Source: Botryllus schlosseri (Eukaryota). Taken from it: DNA of 64,000 nucleotides. The notes under the pieces are model-generated. The model saw only the letters and a program-made list of their open reading frames with translations, did no database searches and was not told where the DNA came from. Shown piece after piece: positions 22,758-37,200 of the stretch. The stretch spans positions 2,234,001 to 2,298,000 of the forward strand of contig CM119371.1 of NCBI GenBank assembly GCA_051294905.1, written 5' to 3'. The position numbers and the translations under genes are program-made. Position 1 is the first letter of the stretch; every line of letters begins with the position of its first letter.

Positions 22758-25014
22758 CATAAGTGGGCGAAAATGGACAAAGGGCGCGACAGGGGGCAAA
22801 ATAGCGAAGGGGAAGATAGGAGGCGATGGCGCTTTAAAACGGCTATATAAAAGCCAAGTCGCAGAAATGACTTTTTTATAGTCAACCCACGAAAATTAAG
22901 CTGCAAAAGTGTAAAACTTCGATATTGAGCCGAAAAGTTAACCTTTTTTTTATTCAGCCCGCCGGTCATTACAGTTTGTATGCCCATTTTTCGGTTCACA
23001 AAATTTGGGGGTGATGATCGCTCTGGTGCTTGGAAATGGGGCGTTGAGTCGAAAAAGGTTGGGAACCACTGATCTAAAATCAGGCAAAAGAGATGACGCG
23101 TGGCCTCTATACCAGAGAGATGCATAGAGTAGATTCGTAAAATCGTGAAATTATTTGTTATTGTTTCCGTTCAAAAGCGGTGGCTTTCAAAGGGAATATT
23201 GCTGCTGCCAAAATGTTTTTCACATTCTCCACTTTCATTTCAGACAACATTATATTTAGAGCGCAGTGTCGTTTTAATGTGTTATAGTTATGACAGTGGG
23301 CAGTGAAATGAGAAATCACACACAATATGATGCCCCGACAGTAGAATGTATATGACGTATATCTAATACAATTAGATATGAGAATGTGTGAAAGTAACTC
23401 TAATCCATTTGTAAAACATTCCCTGCAAAATGCAGCCAATTATTTACGCAATGTCAATCGATCCAAACCACTAAATTTATACTCGATTTATATTCGCACC
23501 AGTTCCACGTTCTGTGAGATACTTTCACAGAACGAATATGTACTCGCATATTCGTTTTCGTATCAAAGGTAAATCGAACAAAGTAATCCCGAATACTATT
23601 TTAAGATTTATAGCACTTGATTAGGTTGGATATAACGATTTCGGATTTAATGCAATGTTATTGATTATAATTCAGTTCAACCTAAAAGAATGCACAATGT
23701 ACATCAACGTAAATTCCCGGTGATGAAATGATTTGTATCTTGAAACGCCAATATTAAAAGTGGGATGCTGCACAACATAAAACCACGAGTCCTCCGGAGA
23801 GGTGGTTAGTAATGGAGTAACTCTACTTTATCAGACTACTCAAGTAGTGCTGTCTACTTGCATCGCTTATTCAAGGGGTTGTCATTTTAGACTACTTCCT
23901 GTCACAGTTGTTCGTAAAAACTACTTACGTTATACAATATTGATTTTGAAAGCATCAAGTTGTTCCTAGCTGCGTATTCGTCATCGTTTTCAGTGCAATT
24001 CCTATAGGAGCCGCCTTAAATAGCGCATGTATCACGGTGACTGCATGAATATATTTTCAAATATTCCACTCACTTGCAGTGTCATTAGTCCTTTTGCATT
24101 AGCCGCGAACGCATATCTTGCAATTTCGAAAGTAGATATCTCCTATAAACTGCTAAAAGTATGCGGTCCTTCGACCAAACCTACTTTTTGAAACTACTTA
24201 TTTGACTACATTTCAGACTAATACACTTTCTACTTCCATCTCAAGTCAGTTTGTTATTTCTTGAAAATTGCTACTTCTACTTGTATATCAGCAGCAGCTT
24301 ACGATGCTACTTATAGTTCTCCATGAGTATTAACTCTGACTACTTTGACTACCTCTAATCATTCATGAACTCGTGTTAGCAACTCTCGGAACCAATCGAA
24401 GTCCGCTTGGTCACCAGATGTCGCAAATAAACTACATGAAGTATTAAATTTGTTACATAGTTATATTAGTATGTGAAAGTGGTTTACAAGTTTCTTTGAC
24501 TTATCGTCCCCTTATCAAGCTCAATATATCTTTATCACGCCCCTTAAAGGTAGAAGTACTATCAGCAGCGAAGTAGTTGTGCTTTTCTGTAGTACTTATT
24601 ATTATATACTTGTTTTGCTTACTCAAGTAGTTTTGTTCGTATACTACCTCTACGTCAACAATTTTTTATGGTGAATACTAATTTTGGCATACTCGACATT
24701 GTCAAGTAAAAGTGTATTTTGACGCACTTTAACGATGCCTTGATTCGAAATTGATATGCAAGCTCACAATCAGCAACGTGTGAGAGATGATGCCTGAATT
24801 CCCACAACAATTAATCGTATTAAGTATGGAATATCGAATTAAACTAAAATTCATGAATACCGTGTGTTATCACATAACCCTGGTAACGACACAATGTCAT
24901 GCATTAAACTAGAGCCCATGATTTCCAGCGTTGGTAACGAATTGGACCTGTTAAGTGAATTGACCATTTCATTCAAAGTGATCGCGTTCATGTAATATAC
25001 CTAATAAAACGTAT

Positions 25015-25242
25015 CTAAGATACAATGCAACCAAATAATGACTCACATTCTATAACTTCCAACTCAGTATCGAGATCATTTGCAATCTTCCGGATTTTCT
25101 TCAATTCGTTTCCTTTCAACATAGCTTTTTCCCACCGGTATATCAATGTAACTTTCTTCAAATTTGAGTTGTTGACGAGAGACGAAATCTCATCGAGTGA
25201 AGGACGATATACTTCTTCGAATATGCATCTGATATATTCGAT
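25015..25242 (-). CDS. Terminal exon of the NLR-like gene, ending in a CaaX box
   Basis: Acceptor ttgtcaccgcag, phase 0; IEYIRCIFEEVYRPSLDEISSLVNNSNLKKVTLIY...ELEVIECESLFGCIVS*. Confidence 0.65.
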   Translation of the reverse strand: MEYIRCIFEEVYRPSLDEISSLVNNSNLKKVTLIYRWEKAMLKGNELKKIRKIANDLDTELEVIECESLFGCIVS

Positions 25243-28200
25243 CTGCGGTGACAAATTATTACTATTAGTAATATGTCTTACAATGAAGCTTACCACTATT
25301 GCTGACCATTTCACCAGGGGCCATGATATTTTACAATATACTTTAGATCATGGGTGTCAAACATATGGCCAACGGGCCGCATCCGGCCCGCTAGGCAATT
25401 CTAAAAAATGGCCATATTATCCGGCACATTTCTAACAAATGTCGAGATTTTTAGTACGAAACACTTCCATTCTCTCAAGACCAGACCTGGGCAAAGTGCG
25501 GCCCGCGGGCCAAATGCGGCCCGCGAAGCTATTCTGTGCGGCCCGCGAAAGGTTGCTTGGAATTCAAAACATAAAACTTGCTTTTTGAAGGACTAAAACC
25601 ATAGGCTGTATCAAATGAACTGGAAATTCGTTAACTTTGAAGCCTGTTCATTAATATGCTACGATTACGCTGATTAAGTACAGTACCTGGCATGTCTAAT
25701 TCATATTCAAAATAAAGACAATATGGCAAAGTATGAGTTACAATTAAAGTCACAAGAAATCACTCATTCAATATAGTTTAGCTCCAACTTCCAACCTTCT
25801 TTGTTGCCATTGTCGCATTACTTATACGGTATGTGTTTTAAATTGTTACGTGATACGTTTCCAAATCCCCTATTCGTAAAACAAGTCAATCAGTGCTCGC
25901 GATTACTATATGACTCATCATATCTATCACCCATAAAAGATGAACGGGCATGTCATAAAAAGCCGAAAACTGAAATTTAAAGGTTCAAAGCACTAAACGT
26001 TTGTATACTGGAGTCAGGGGTAAACCCATCCTTTTAGTTTTTGCCGAGCATGTCGCCGAGATTAATGATTTTGATTAAAGTCGGTCTTATGACAAAAACA
26101 CGAAACACCTAGTCAAGGGAAGGGAAATTTCAGAAAAACTGCAAGCTTCACTCAACATGAAGGCTATGCTGCACACTGCTCGGAATGCAGCGGTCAAGAC
26201 AATAAGCTTTGTACTATCGCATATAGCAGGGCCGGGCAACATACAGCCCGCGGGCAGCTTCCCGTCTTACATGATAACGAGGGCCGCGGCCGCGCACTGC
26301 GCACTGCCCAGCGTGCCAGAGTGGGGTTTACTGGTAAGTTCGTCGAAGCGAGAAGACTTGCATTGTCAGCATTTACTATGTACTTAATCCTAATGTTGTT
26401 TGTGGTAATCATGGTGTTTGTCGACTGCAATGGTCATTTACGCCAAGCCGATATTTCTTATTTTTGATTCCGTAACTGCCAACAGGTAGCACGGCACACG
26501 TCCAGGCTTTTGTGAGACACCGCCTAATAGTTATGCCGCATGCATCTAAAGGGGCGCGAAGTCACAGTTACCTGAAAAAATTTTCGCGCTTCACGCAATT
26601 TACCTCAAGCTCGCTTTATCTATTGTCCAAATTTCATATTTGAGAATTCTCTCATCAATAGCCATGCATAACCTTTAAACGCCATCACACTATCCGTAGG
26701 GATGGCTAGCATTCTGATTCACCTCTTTAATATTTGTGATATCGCGATAAGGGGGCGCGGAATCTTCCACTATCGAAAAGGAGGGCGAGTTTAAAAAGGC
26801 TTGAGAACCACTGCTGTATGACAATGCTGATCTCAAATCAACATTCGCTTCGTCATTATCAGCGAGAAATTGCTTTGAAATAATATTGCTTTGTTAAAAT
26901 ACATTCTTTAAATACGATTTATTCCATGTATATGTGAATAAATGGGCAAATAATGTATCGATTCAGCAATCCGGCCCGCCAAGTACTTAATTTTCCTATA
27001 TCCGGCCCGCCGACTGGAGAAGTTGCCCGCCCCTGGCATATAGGCCTACATTTCTGTGAAGTGGTTCTCGAACTGGGGGGCGTGAAAGCATCTGAAGAGG
27101 GCGCAAAGCCGAAATTTGAGGATTTTTTTTCACGCTCCGCGCGATTTCCTCTAACCCATGGTCTACTAGGCCTAGCAGGCCATGTCTAACCTTATAGTTG
27201 CACTCTTTTAGAGTCTTAATAGAAGGACGTGGATGTAAGCGGGTTTAAAAATCTATCATGTTTAACATTGTTTCGAATCATGGCGGCAAACAGATATTTT
27301 TTTAATTGACCGTCACTTTCTCATTGCCTAACGTCAACACATTCACTGAGCAGCATTTATTGACAATGTAATTTAGAGATAAAATTAAAATACGCTGAGA
27401 ATGTAGCTAGAATTTTTCACTCGGCCCGCCAACGCATTTTCAACTTCTCATTTGGCCCGCGGAGGAAAATAATTGCCCACCCCTGCTCAAGACAGTAAAT
27501 GCCGAGCATGTTCAATGTTCATAGTAGAGGTCGACCGATATTGATTTTTACAGGCCGATACCGATACATCGGCACACTCACAAGGCTGATAGAACGAGCA
27601 GAGAACAATTTCACCAAAAATATTATATATTAGGCAAGAGGGCACTTGTTCATGCCACAGAAAGCAGAAAAACAAACGAGAAAACTGAAATTGAAAATAA
27701 TTATTGCTTAATTATAATTTGGAATAACCCAAAAAGCAAAACATGATACAGAATTGCGGATCATTCCAGAAAAGGTAGATTGTAATGCAGAAAGCATATA
27801 TTTTCTCTGCATGCTCACCCAGTTAAACTCGTCCTGCATGGGTAAATCTGTCATATATCGCCCTTTGCGTCGTAGATTTCTTGAGATTGAGAACACGGAG
27901 CATGGAATTTCCGAAATTTTTGAATTTTTTTTAAAATATTAAATATCGGCCGCGATATCGGGAAAGCTCTAAATATCAGCCTCGATAATCGGCGATGTCG
28001 ATAATCGGTCGACCTCTAGTTCATAGGCCCAATTATAACCATCCGACAGTGGTGTTGAGGTTACACTGTAGACACCATCAGCAACAAGTCAATGCAATTG
28101 ACAATAGTGTTACCATATGCCTTCCTTTTTGAAAGTGTTCTCGGAGCAGGCAGTCCGGCGGGTCTTTCGAGAGCTGAGCCAAAAAGTTTACCTTTTTTTA

Positions 28201-31200
28201 TTCAACCAACTATACAAACTTGGAATATATTTACCAATTTTTCCGGATTTTACTCCTGTATTGTAAGTCTGAAATTTTTTTAAAAGGTGTCCTCTTTTCA
28301 GACTCCCAAAATATGGTAGCCCTAATTGACACTCACTTCAGAGAAGGCAAAAAAGTGCTCAGTGAGTTCACAGTTTTATGGAAAAACGGACCACAAAGTA
28401 TAGTTATCTGCGGAAGTGGATAATATAATTGTGACACCAAAATATAATTGAAATATCTGTGGTCGCACTCCTTTTGCGCTTATGACTCAACATCTCCTTG
28501 GCTGCCGGAGAAACCCGAATCATGCAATGGTGAACCAAATTTCAACGTCTACGTTTACGGTTAAATGGCTTGTATTCCTCACAACGCATAGACAGGACTA
28601 TATTGTCAGATTCTGACTAAAACAAAGCTATCATAGCAATATGCCAACATGTATCGTCGGTAAAGCCGCTGTTTTAGCAATTTAAGAAACTATTTAACCG
28701 GCCAATCATCGTAATTTCGCCAAGTCGGTGGTTTGCGAATAAAGGTATTGATGGAATAGAACCAGATGGCCAGTGATATAACGTAATTATTATAATGCGT
28801 ATAAGTTTTATAATTGAGTATTCAAATGAAAAGAAAGGGTATGGATTTAGAGGAAATATTTTGGAATCATTTGACTGGTCCGGCGCGCGAGTGCTCTGAA
28901 AGTTTGACTCTGACCCGTGATGCCAGTTGAGTTTGACACCCCTGCTTTATATGAACAAATTGCCAGGGATCACGAAGTCCGCAACTGCGGTGGATATCTT
29001 GGTCATGGAATATAAGTTAATTCATGTGGAGGAGACTCGTACTGTGCAGCAGAATGCAATGATAAACGTGCGATGGTGGGAGAAGAACGTTCAATATATC
29101 CAATGCAACTAATACTGGATAAGTACTACCTTCTTTTGCTGACAAGCTTCTAACGTCTTCCTGAATTCATCTGCTTTCTCAACGTAAAACATGGCATGGA
29201 TATGAAGGGGAACCGAAATTGCTCTCCCGCGCTCCAAAATTAGTTTGTAATCGTCGACGGGTATCTGGCCATTCACGGCAATATCCACGAAATCCAACTA
29301 AAATGCGGAATTTTTTTTTCAGACTTGAAGATAGCCACGGAAGAGATCATTGGGTCCGAAGTCACATAAAATGATAGGTAAATATAAATGCGTTTGGAAA
29401 TACTTTATGAATCGAATCAGGAATCGTACTTGATACTTTTTCCAGCAAGTCTCAATCATCGACCAGTCGATGTTTTCTTCTGTGCAATCGAGCACGATCT
29501 TGCTTATCTGAACACAATATTGGTTTCATTAGGTAAGATTACTTGATTGCTACGATATATTCCCATTTGAATATTTATTTATATAGTTTCAGTGCAATAG
29601 CGATTAGTATGAATTCTACGATTCTCCATAATTCATATACTACATCGGTTTTAGTCTCATCCAAGAACATGCTCTTTTAAAAATCTACTTATGAATATGA
29701 TATGCATTGTACAAACGGATGATATAGAATCTGGTGGTCAAAGTAGTCATCGTTTGTGGTCAAGCAGAAGTAACGCCTTTAATTTCTACTCAAGTAGAGG
29801 TAGAAGAATCAAAATGCATGTAGTAAAAAAGTGAGCACTCAAGGCCTAGTTTTGACTGAAAAATGAAAACCGCAAATAGAGTTGAAAGTATTCTAAAATC
29901 ATAACCACTTGAGTAAGTAGTTAAGTAGGAAAAATATACTTGAATTACTACGACAAGTAGAATTACTTTGTTACTGATCACTAGGGCAATTTTTTTTTGA
30001 CATGTCAAAAAAAAAGTCAAAATTAGGTCAAAATTTGTCAAAATTGTTTACAAAGTCAAACATTTTTTGACCTCTGTATTTCGTTTGTATCGTAGATTTT
30101 GCGCTGTCCGTGAACTTATCATTTGATATTTTACAGCTTGTAGCCTACTTTATAGGCCTACCGTTGTAAACGGACCATCGTCTGCTCATTGTGAATCATA
30201 AATGGTCAAATGAAACAAATAGTGACATGGTTTTATGGTCAACGTACCGCAATATCCTTGCTGAAGCAAGACTGCTTGGACATTGCATGGTTCTTATATC
30301 AAGAAGCGCAAGCTGAAAAATTGTGATATACACAACATTGTCAGAATGAAGCAACACGGTTTGTCATCAGCAGTGTGCACACAACTTGAGTGTTGTCAGC
30401 CAACAAATGCTGCTGTTGAACGTTCTTTCTCCGTTCTTGGCAAGCTACGTAGTAAGGACAGACACTTTCTACCCGAGAATGTAGGAAAGGATCTTTCGTT
30501 GTACTACAACAAATTTTAATTATTTCCACCAGAATACGTAATGTAACTACTGGAACTCTTCATAGGGCCAGATTTCGTTAAAATACTAGTTTTTCATGTA
30601 AAAATCTGTCAGTTTTTGAGTCAAAAACATTTTTTTCAGGCCAATCTACTTTGTAAGGACAGACTGTTCCAACCAGAAATGAAGATAAGTAGTACAATTT
30701 TAACATTATATGCGAAAACACCTAATTTGCATACGTGAGGTAAAAATTTGGTCAAATTTCAGTGTTTTTAGGTCAAAAAAGGTCAAAATTTAGATTTTTT
30801 AGGTCAAAATCTTCCGTTTTTTAGGTCAAAAAAAAATTGCCCTACTGATCACTTCTGGATATAGGTTGTAAGGAACTCTTGCTATGTAACGTGGTCACTC
30901 ATGTTTACCCGAAGTTACTTATATGCTTGGCACGGAGAAGCATACCTTATTTGAATTGTTAACTGTCAGCTTTCTAAAACCATTATTTGTAGCATGCATT
31001 GTTGATTTACACCTCTGACAACGCCACTGCTTGAGCGTACAATTTCACTTATAAAATAGATGAAAACTTATCCGTGAAGTACGATTTACTTTTCAGAATC
31101 AAAATTTATGAAAACTTAACACAAACTACTGTCTCCGTATCAGAATACAAAATACAACAAGCAATTAGTATTGTAAAATAGGGTTAACATATTATGGAAT

Positions 31201-34200
31201 CGGGTAAAAACGGTAAACTTTTTCCACTTCTTAGTCGGTTGACTATAAAAAAGGTCAACTTTCGCTCAGCTCACGGAATACCCGCCTGACAGTTAGTTCA
31301 GTGTTATTTTAGGGTATCTCGGTCGAATTTTGCCCTGTGTTTCAGCAAAATTCTGAAAAAAGAGGACAAAATCTCAAAAAGGAGGACATTTAGGCGTCCT
31401 CAGAGGACATTTACAAGACCCAGAAAAAGGAGGATAAGTCCTCATAAAAGAGGACGTATGGTAGCCCTATATATGTAAAAGAACTGCTCAAGTAGAATTG
31501 GAAGTAGTCAAAACATTGCCGCTTGAGTAAGTAGCAGAAGTAGGCCAAATTTTGAAGAAGTACTGGTACTGTTTTGCTAACCACATCTATTAACGAGTCA
31601 CTTACATATTTCCAGAGTACATGGTAATTATGACAATTTCACTCATAATTTTAATAGAAACTGACGAACTGCTTAATGCTTTTCAGAATGCAAATTGTAA
31701 CCAGTAAGTAGACTTGCCAAAAAAATGCTCAAGTCGAAACGGAAAGACGACCACTTGCGTAAGTACTTAAAGTATGAAAACTTTATTAACCCCATCCACC
31801 AAAAGACTGCTTTTCAGAGTACAAAACAGGTTATGCCTACTTACATTACTAGCCCAATTGGTTTAGATTTTAAGCTACTTCCATTTCTACTCGAACAGAA
31901 CAGCTCTTTCACAAATGCACGCTTTTCACGCATTAGATTTCTAAAAGCAGAAATTTAAAAGTAGCCACCACTGATAAAAACATCAACTAAAAATACTTTT
32001 GAAAACTTTTTACCTGAGTAATTTCAAGGACTTACAATTTCTATTTTGAACATGTGTTTTAAGAGCTAACTTTACTTGGAATTGTGTATAAATTCTGTGT
32101 ATATTTCTTGAGTTTTATCATCGATTTTTTGAATATGGAAATTATCATCCAGTCGAGTTTGCTCGTTTCGAGATTGTAGAAAATCGAATCTTTTGTTAAT
32201 TTTTTTTCTGTTACGTGTTCTAGGTTCCAGATTATGGCTTTTGCATAATCGCACTCTAGTAATATGTGTACTAGGTTATCTGTACATTTTTGGCAAAATT
32301 TACATTTCAGGTTAAGGAGTTTCCCGGTTTTATCCCGAAGCATGTTCTTTTGCCTTCTTCCGTCTCCAAAAATATAAGCGTTATGCGCTACTTTGTAGTT
32401 GATGGTCCTTTCTTCATTTTTGATGATATTTTTCCCGCCGAATTTTGAGGCCATTATTTTGCTCCATTTTATCTCGCCCCCTTTCTCCGATCTTATCTGG
32501 GTCGGCCTTTCTTTCAGATTTTTGATGGATTTGTACAGGGTGGTGTGAGTCGCCGTGTCCCAGTCTTCTTCGGTCATTTTTAGTTTTTCCACCACTTCGA
32601 GTTGCTCGACCCATTTCTGGGGGGTGTGGAACTTATGCGGTTCCGTGTTTTTATATAATTTCGGGTTGATCTTTTTAACCTTTGTGCCTAGCTCGTAGAT
32701 CGCTTGTTGGTGCCACGGTTCTATTGGCTTGTCCAGGAGTTTTAGTGCGAGGAGTTGTTCTGTCTGGCATGCCTTGACTCTGCTTTCCACGTCTGGGACG
32801 GCTATGCCGCCACTCTCCTTTCTGGCGATCAATGTCTTCCTGGCAATTGTTTCGATTTTCTCTGGGTGCCAGAGGAAGTTGAAGTAGAGTTTTGTGGCCT
32901 CATGCTGCGCTTCTTTTGGCATCGGTATGATTCTCGCATTATAGATGATTTGCGTGGAAGCTAGTGAGTTTAGGATATTTTTTTTCCCGAGCCAAGTGAG
33001 GTTTCGGTCTCTGTATCCGTAGAGGGTTCGTCTTATTTTTGCTAATTTTTCTTCCCATGTTCGCTGAGTTTGGTTTTCACCGTAGTATTGCCCCAGTATT
33101 TTTATTTCTGATTGTTTGAGATTCTCCAGATCAGATTTTTGATATTTGTGTTCTTTTCCTGGGTTAATGTGTAAGATTTCTGTTTTTGCCTCATTCAATT
33201 TTTGACCGGTCGCACGTTCGTATTTGCTAAACTCTCGCAGTATTCGTTTCACATCCCCCTCACTTCTCACAAGGCACGTCATATCGTCTGCATATTGTTG
33301 CAGTTTGATCTCGATTTTTCCGATATGATGGCCTTTTATCGCTTCATCTAGTTGAATTTTCCTCGCGATTGGGTCACAGCTTATGGCGTACAAGATCATA
33401 CTTAGTGGGCATCCCTGTCGGATCCCTCTCTCTATTTGGATTTCGTCTGTTAATGCCCCGTTTACTATGATTTTGCTTTTCGCGGTGTTGTATATATTTT
33501 GTATTAGGCGGACAAGGTGTGTTGGGAGTTCATATGTTCTGAGGATCTCGTACAGGAACCTGTGATGGATCATGTCGAATGCCTTCTGTTGGTCAAGGTT
33601 AACAATATATAGCTCTTTCTTTTTCTCATTTGCTGAGTCTATTGCAGCTTGGATGTTTCTCAATGCATCTGTTATTTGCCGGCCTTTGACAGCGCACTTC
33701 TGCGTTTCCAGTATCAGGTCCGGAAGTATCGGCCTAATTCTGTTGGCTAGTACCCCTGTTAGAATTTTATAGTCGCAGTTAAGCAACGTGATGGGTCGCC
33801 AGTTTTTTAGAAGTTCAGGTCTCCCTTTCTTGTATATTAATGTGGTAGCGCCAGCTTTCCATGTCTCACAGAGTCCGCCGAATAGGTAAGCGTTGTTAAG
33901 CAGCGCATGCATATCGCTCTTGATGGTGTTCCAGAAGGTTAGATAGAATTCTTTCGATAGTCCATCGGGTCCTGGTGTTTTATCGCTATGCATGCCTTTC
34001 AGAGTATTTAGTATCTCTATTTCCTCTATCTGGCAGTTCAAGTCCTCTTTCTGTTCTTCTGTTATTTTTTGGTCTTGAATAACTCTTATGTATTCATCTT
34101 GTAGCTCTGTGTTTTCGGTTTTTGATTTCCCCCACAGGCCTTGATAGTAGTCACCAACCTCTCGGAGTATTTCTGGTTCGGTTGTGAGATTTTGTCCTTG

Positions 34201-37200
34201 ATCGTTTTGGACGGCCGATATATTTTTGCTCTCTTTCCTTTGTTGTATCTTTTGGAAGAAATATTTTGTCGGCCTTTCATTTTCCTCCATGTCTTGGAGT
34301 TTGAAGATTTTGCAGAGGTGTCTGGTGTTGTCGTCCTCTAGGTTTTTTAGATCTTGGATGAGGTGATAGGCTCGCTCATCATTGTTGTCTTTGTTTTGTA
34401 TGTCTAGTATTCTTCGTTGTAGCCTTTTGATGTTATTTTCTTCGGCTATTCTTTTTTGGGCTCTGTGTTTGATCAGATGTGCCCTCACTTGGTTTTTAAA
34501 GTGGTCCCACCACTGATATATGTCGTCGAATTTCGACTTGTTTTGATCACACCTTTTGTGTATTCGTTTTATCTCTTCTTGGAGCTTGTTGTCCGCGTAG
34601 TCCCTGACATCGTTCTTCCAGTGTCCTTTACCCCATTTAATTTGGCCAGGTTTTCGTAAGTTTATAGTCTGCAGGAATGTGTGATCAGCGATCGTATTCA
34701 GTTTGTACACACACTTTTGGACTCTGGCGAGAAGGTCTTCCGATACGTATATACGGTCTACTCGTCTCGATTGCTTTGCCTTGATTGTTGTGTACAGACG
34801 TTTATGTGGATTGCGCCATCTCCAGACGTCTCGTAGTTTGTATGTCTCGCAATATCGCTTCCAAATTTTCGCGGCTGGCATCATCTTAAAGTTGGCGTTG
34901 TATTTGGCATCAATCGGGTCTTGGATTATGTTGAAATCCCCGCAAACTACGTTATTACTTGGATTTGTAGATAGCTCTTCTGTTAATTGCCTAAATATAT
35001 CGGTTTGAACTTTCCCGACATCGGGCGGTCCGTATACGTTAAGCACATGGGTGCTTTGCCCGGTTTGTTTATCAGTTAGGATTATCGTTTGTATCCTGTG
35101 TTCTCTGATAATCCTGCCTTTTATATCGTATTGGTTTTCTAGTTTCTTTTTAACGAAGATGCCTGTTCCCTTAAAGTACAATTTTTTCTTTTCTTCCTTA
35201 TCGATCCAGTTTGCGTCTATATCGATGTGGTTTGGGTAGTATATCATTTGGTTTTGTTTTGCCCATTTGCTTATTTTGTTTATGTATGCTCTGTGCGTTT
35301 CTTGCACACATAAGACGTCCCAGTTCTTTTCTAGCGTGAGATATCTCTTAAGCTTGTACCAATGGGCATTTAGCCCATTGGCATTCAAGGAAATAATATT
35401 CAAGGCCATTTTTACGGGGATAAAAGGAACATCTGTTGCGCTGGTTAGCCTATTTTATTTTTTTGGTTTTTCGGGGTTTGCGGATCTTTTTTTAATCCTA
35501 TTCCCCGGTTTTGCTTCTTGTGGGCTACGTTCGTGCAGCTTCCTCTTGATGGGGGAGCAGGTAAGGTGGACCAGCTCTCGACCGGTCATCACCATGGTTG
35601 GCTTCTCAAAGATTTTGCACTGCTCTCCGGTGTATGCTGAGCCTTTGGGTTTGTCTTGTTTGGTTGCAGTTTGTTCATTCACTATTTGAAAGAGGTCCTC
35701 TGGTTCCGATTCAGTTTCTTCTGCTACGCTAGAGTCCGACTCTAGCATGCCTTCATTTATTTTTTCACGTATATCTTCCTGTTTATCTGATTGGTCGCGT
35801 TGTGTTTCGTTTGTTTGCTCGTGTTGTAGGCCTACCTCTGGTGAGCGAGCTGGACTGCTGTGTGCTCCTTCTAATTGTTGTGACAGTGTTTCTGTTTTGT
35901 CAATTACTTCTTGTTCTTGTTTATCTTCGTTATTTCTTTCTGTGTCTTCTTGCATTTGAACTATTGTAGTTTCTCCTGAAGTTTCTGCGCTATTTTCCCC
36001 TGTCTCAAGTTCTTTAACGGCATTGTGTTGCGGGCAGTGTTCTTTTACATGCCCATACTGTTTGCATGCAAAGCATGCAGTTTGATTTGGACAGTTCTTT
36101 GCTGTGTGGCCTATTTGAAGGCATCTGAAGCATTTCGTATGATCCTCCCCTGGTGGGTGGAAGACCTTACAGGGTGCTTCTCCAAGAGTTACAAAGGCTG
36201 GTATTTGTCCTGGGATATAGTCTTCGATATCCACCTGTCTAAATCCGTTATGGATTCTGGTGCCGCTGTGGTAGATCATTCTGATAGCGACGATGTTACC
36301 GCACTTGTATAGCCTGAGTTTGTCGACTACCTCTTGTTGCTCTACTTCTGAAGGGACGGCTCGTATGCTTATACGAGCTGTCGGAGGTCTCGGCTTCTCT
36401 ATTAGTAAGTTCCCATGTACTGAAGGAATGCCTTTTGCGCCTATCTCTAGGAGGGTTGGTATGAGAATGTCTATCGGCGAATCTTTGTACAGTGTGAGGT
36501 TGTAAGTGTTCCACCCGATCTGGTAAATTGAGAAGATATATTCTCTGTATAACTTCAGTTCTGGATGCTTTATTATTGCGTCCAATACCTCGCTTGTTTT
36601 GGTGCCGTGCGGCGTTATTATATCTAGAGATCTAGGTCTATGACCGTAGATTATTCTCTCAGTGTTGGTAGCCGCTTGGCTGTGGTTTACGGCATTGGCG
36701 TAGGCCATTTGCGAGCGGTTGCAACTCGTTCGTACTGCTTAAGGCACTCTTTGTAAAGCCGATACTGCGGTTGCAGCTGGTTTGCTAGACGCAGACACTA
36801 GGTAATTAGGGGCGTCTAGACTGAAGAGAAGGTCTTACGATACACAAGAGAGATTTGTGTCGTAGACAAGAAAGAGTGGCTTGACTCAAGATAGAGCCAA
36901 GTCTCTAAAGGAAAGACTCAACAAGTCCTGACTCACACGGTCGAGTCAGGACCTGAAGAGAAAAGACTCCAACGAGAGTTGACTCAAGAAGACGAGTCAA
37001 GCTCTCGCAGAGGTAGGTACAGACTCCTACGAGACCTGACTCGGGAAGGGGAGTCAAGTCTCGAGGAGGGAGAAGGTTTGAGTCTGAAGAAGGCTCGAAG
37101 TTGAAAAGGAAATCCAACGACGACGAAATGAGAGAGTGAGGAGTAGGTTAACCTAAGAAAAAATTATACCAACTAACTATTACGGTTACTCTAAGCGGCT

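Larger units (their letters stand above)
32059..37200 (-). mobile_element. Tx1/L1-clade non-LTR retrotransposon in an NLR intron
   Basis: Two open ORFs separated by 45 bp and about 0.5 kb of putative 5' UTR; no poly(A) tail or TSD visible; ends approximate. Confidence 0.9.

Noticed and set aside
27086..27120. Hammerhead-like CTGAAGA...GAAA
   Set aside because: No stem I or cleavage-site geometry; it lies in a hAT MITE whose other copy (about 48550) lacks the motif.
32755..36514. Short ORFs antisense to or overlapping the LINE ORFs (likewise over the PLE and NACHT exon)
   Set aside because: Shadow frames of long coding regions with no independent motifs.
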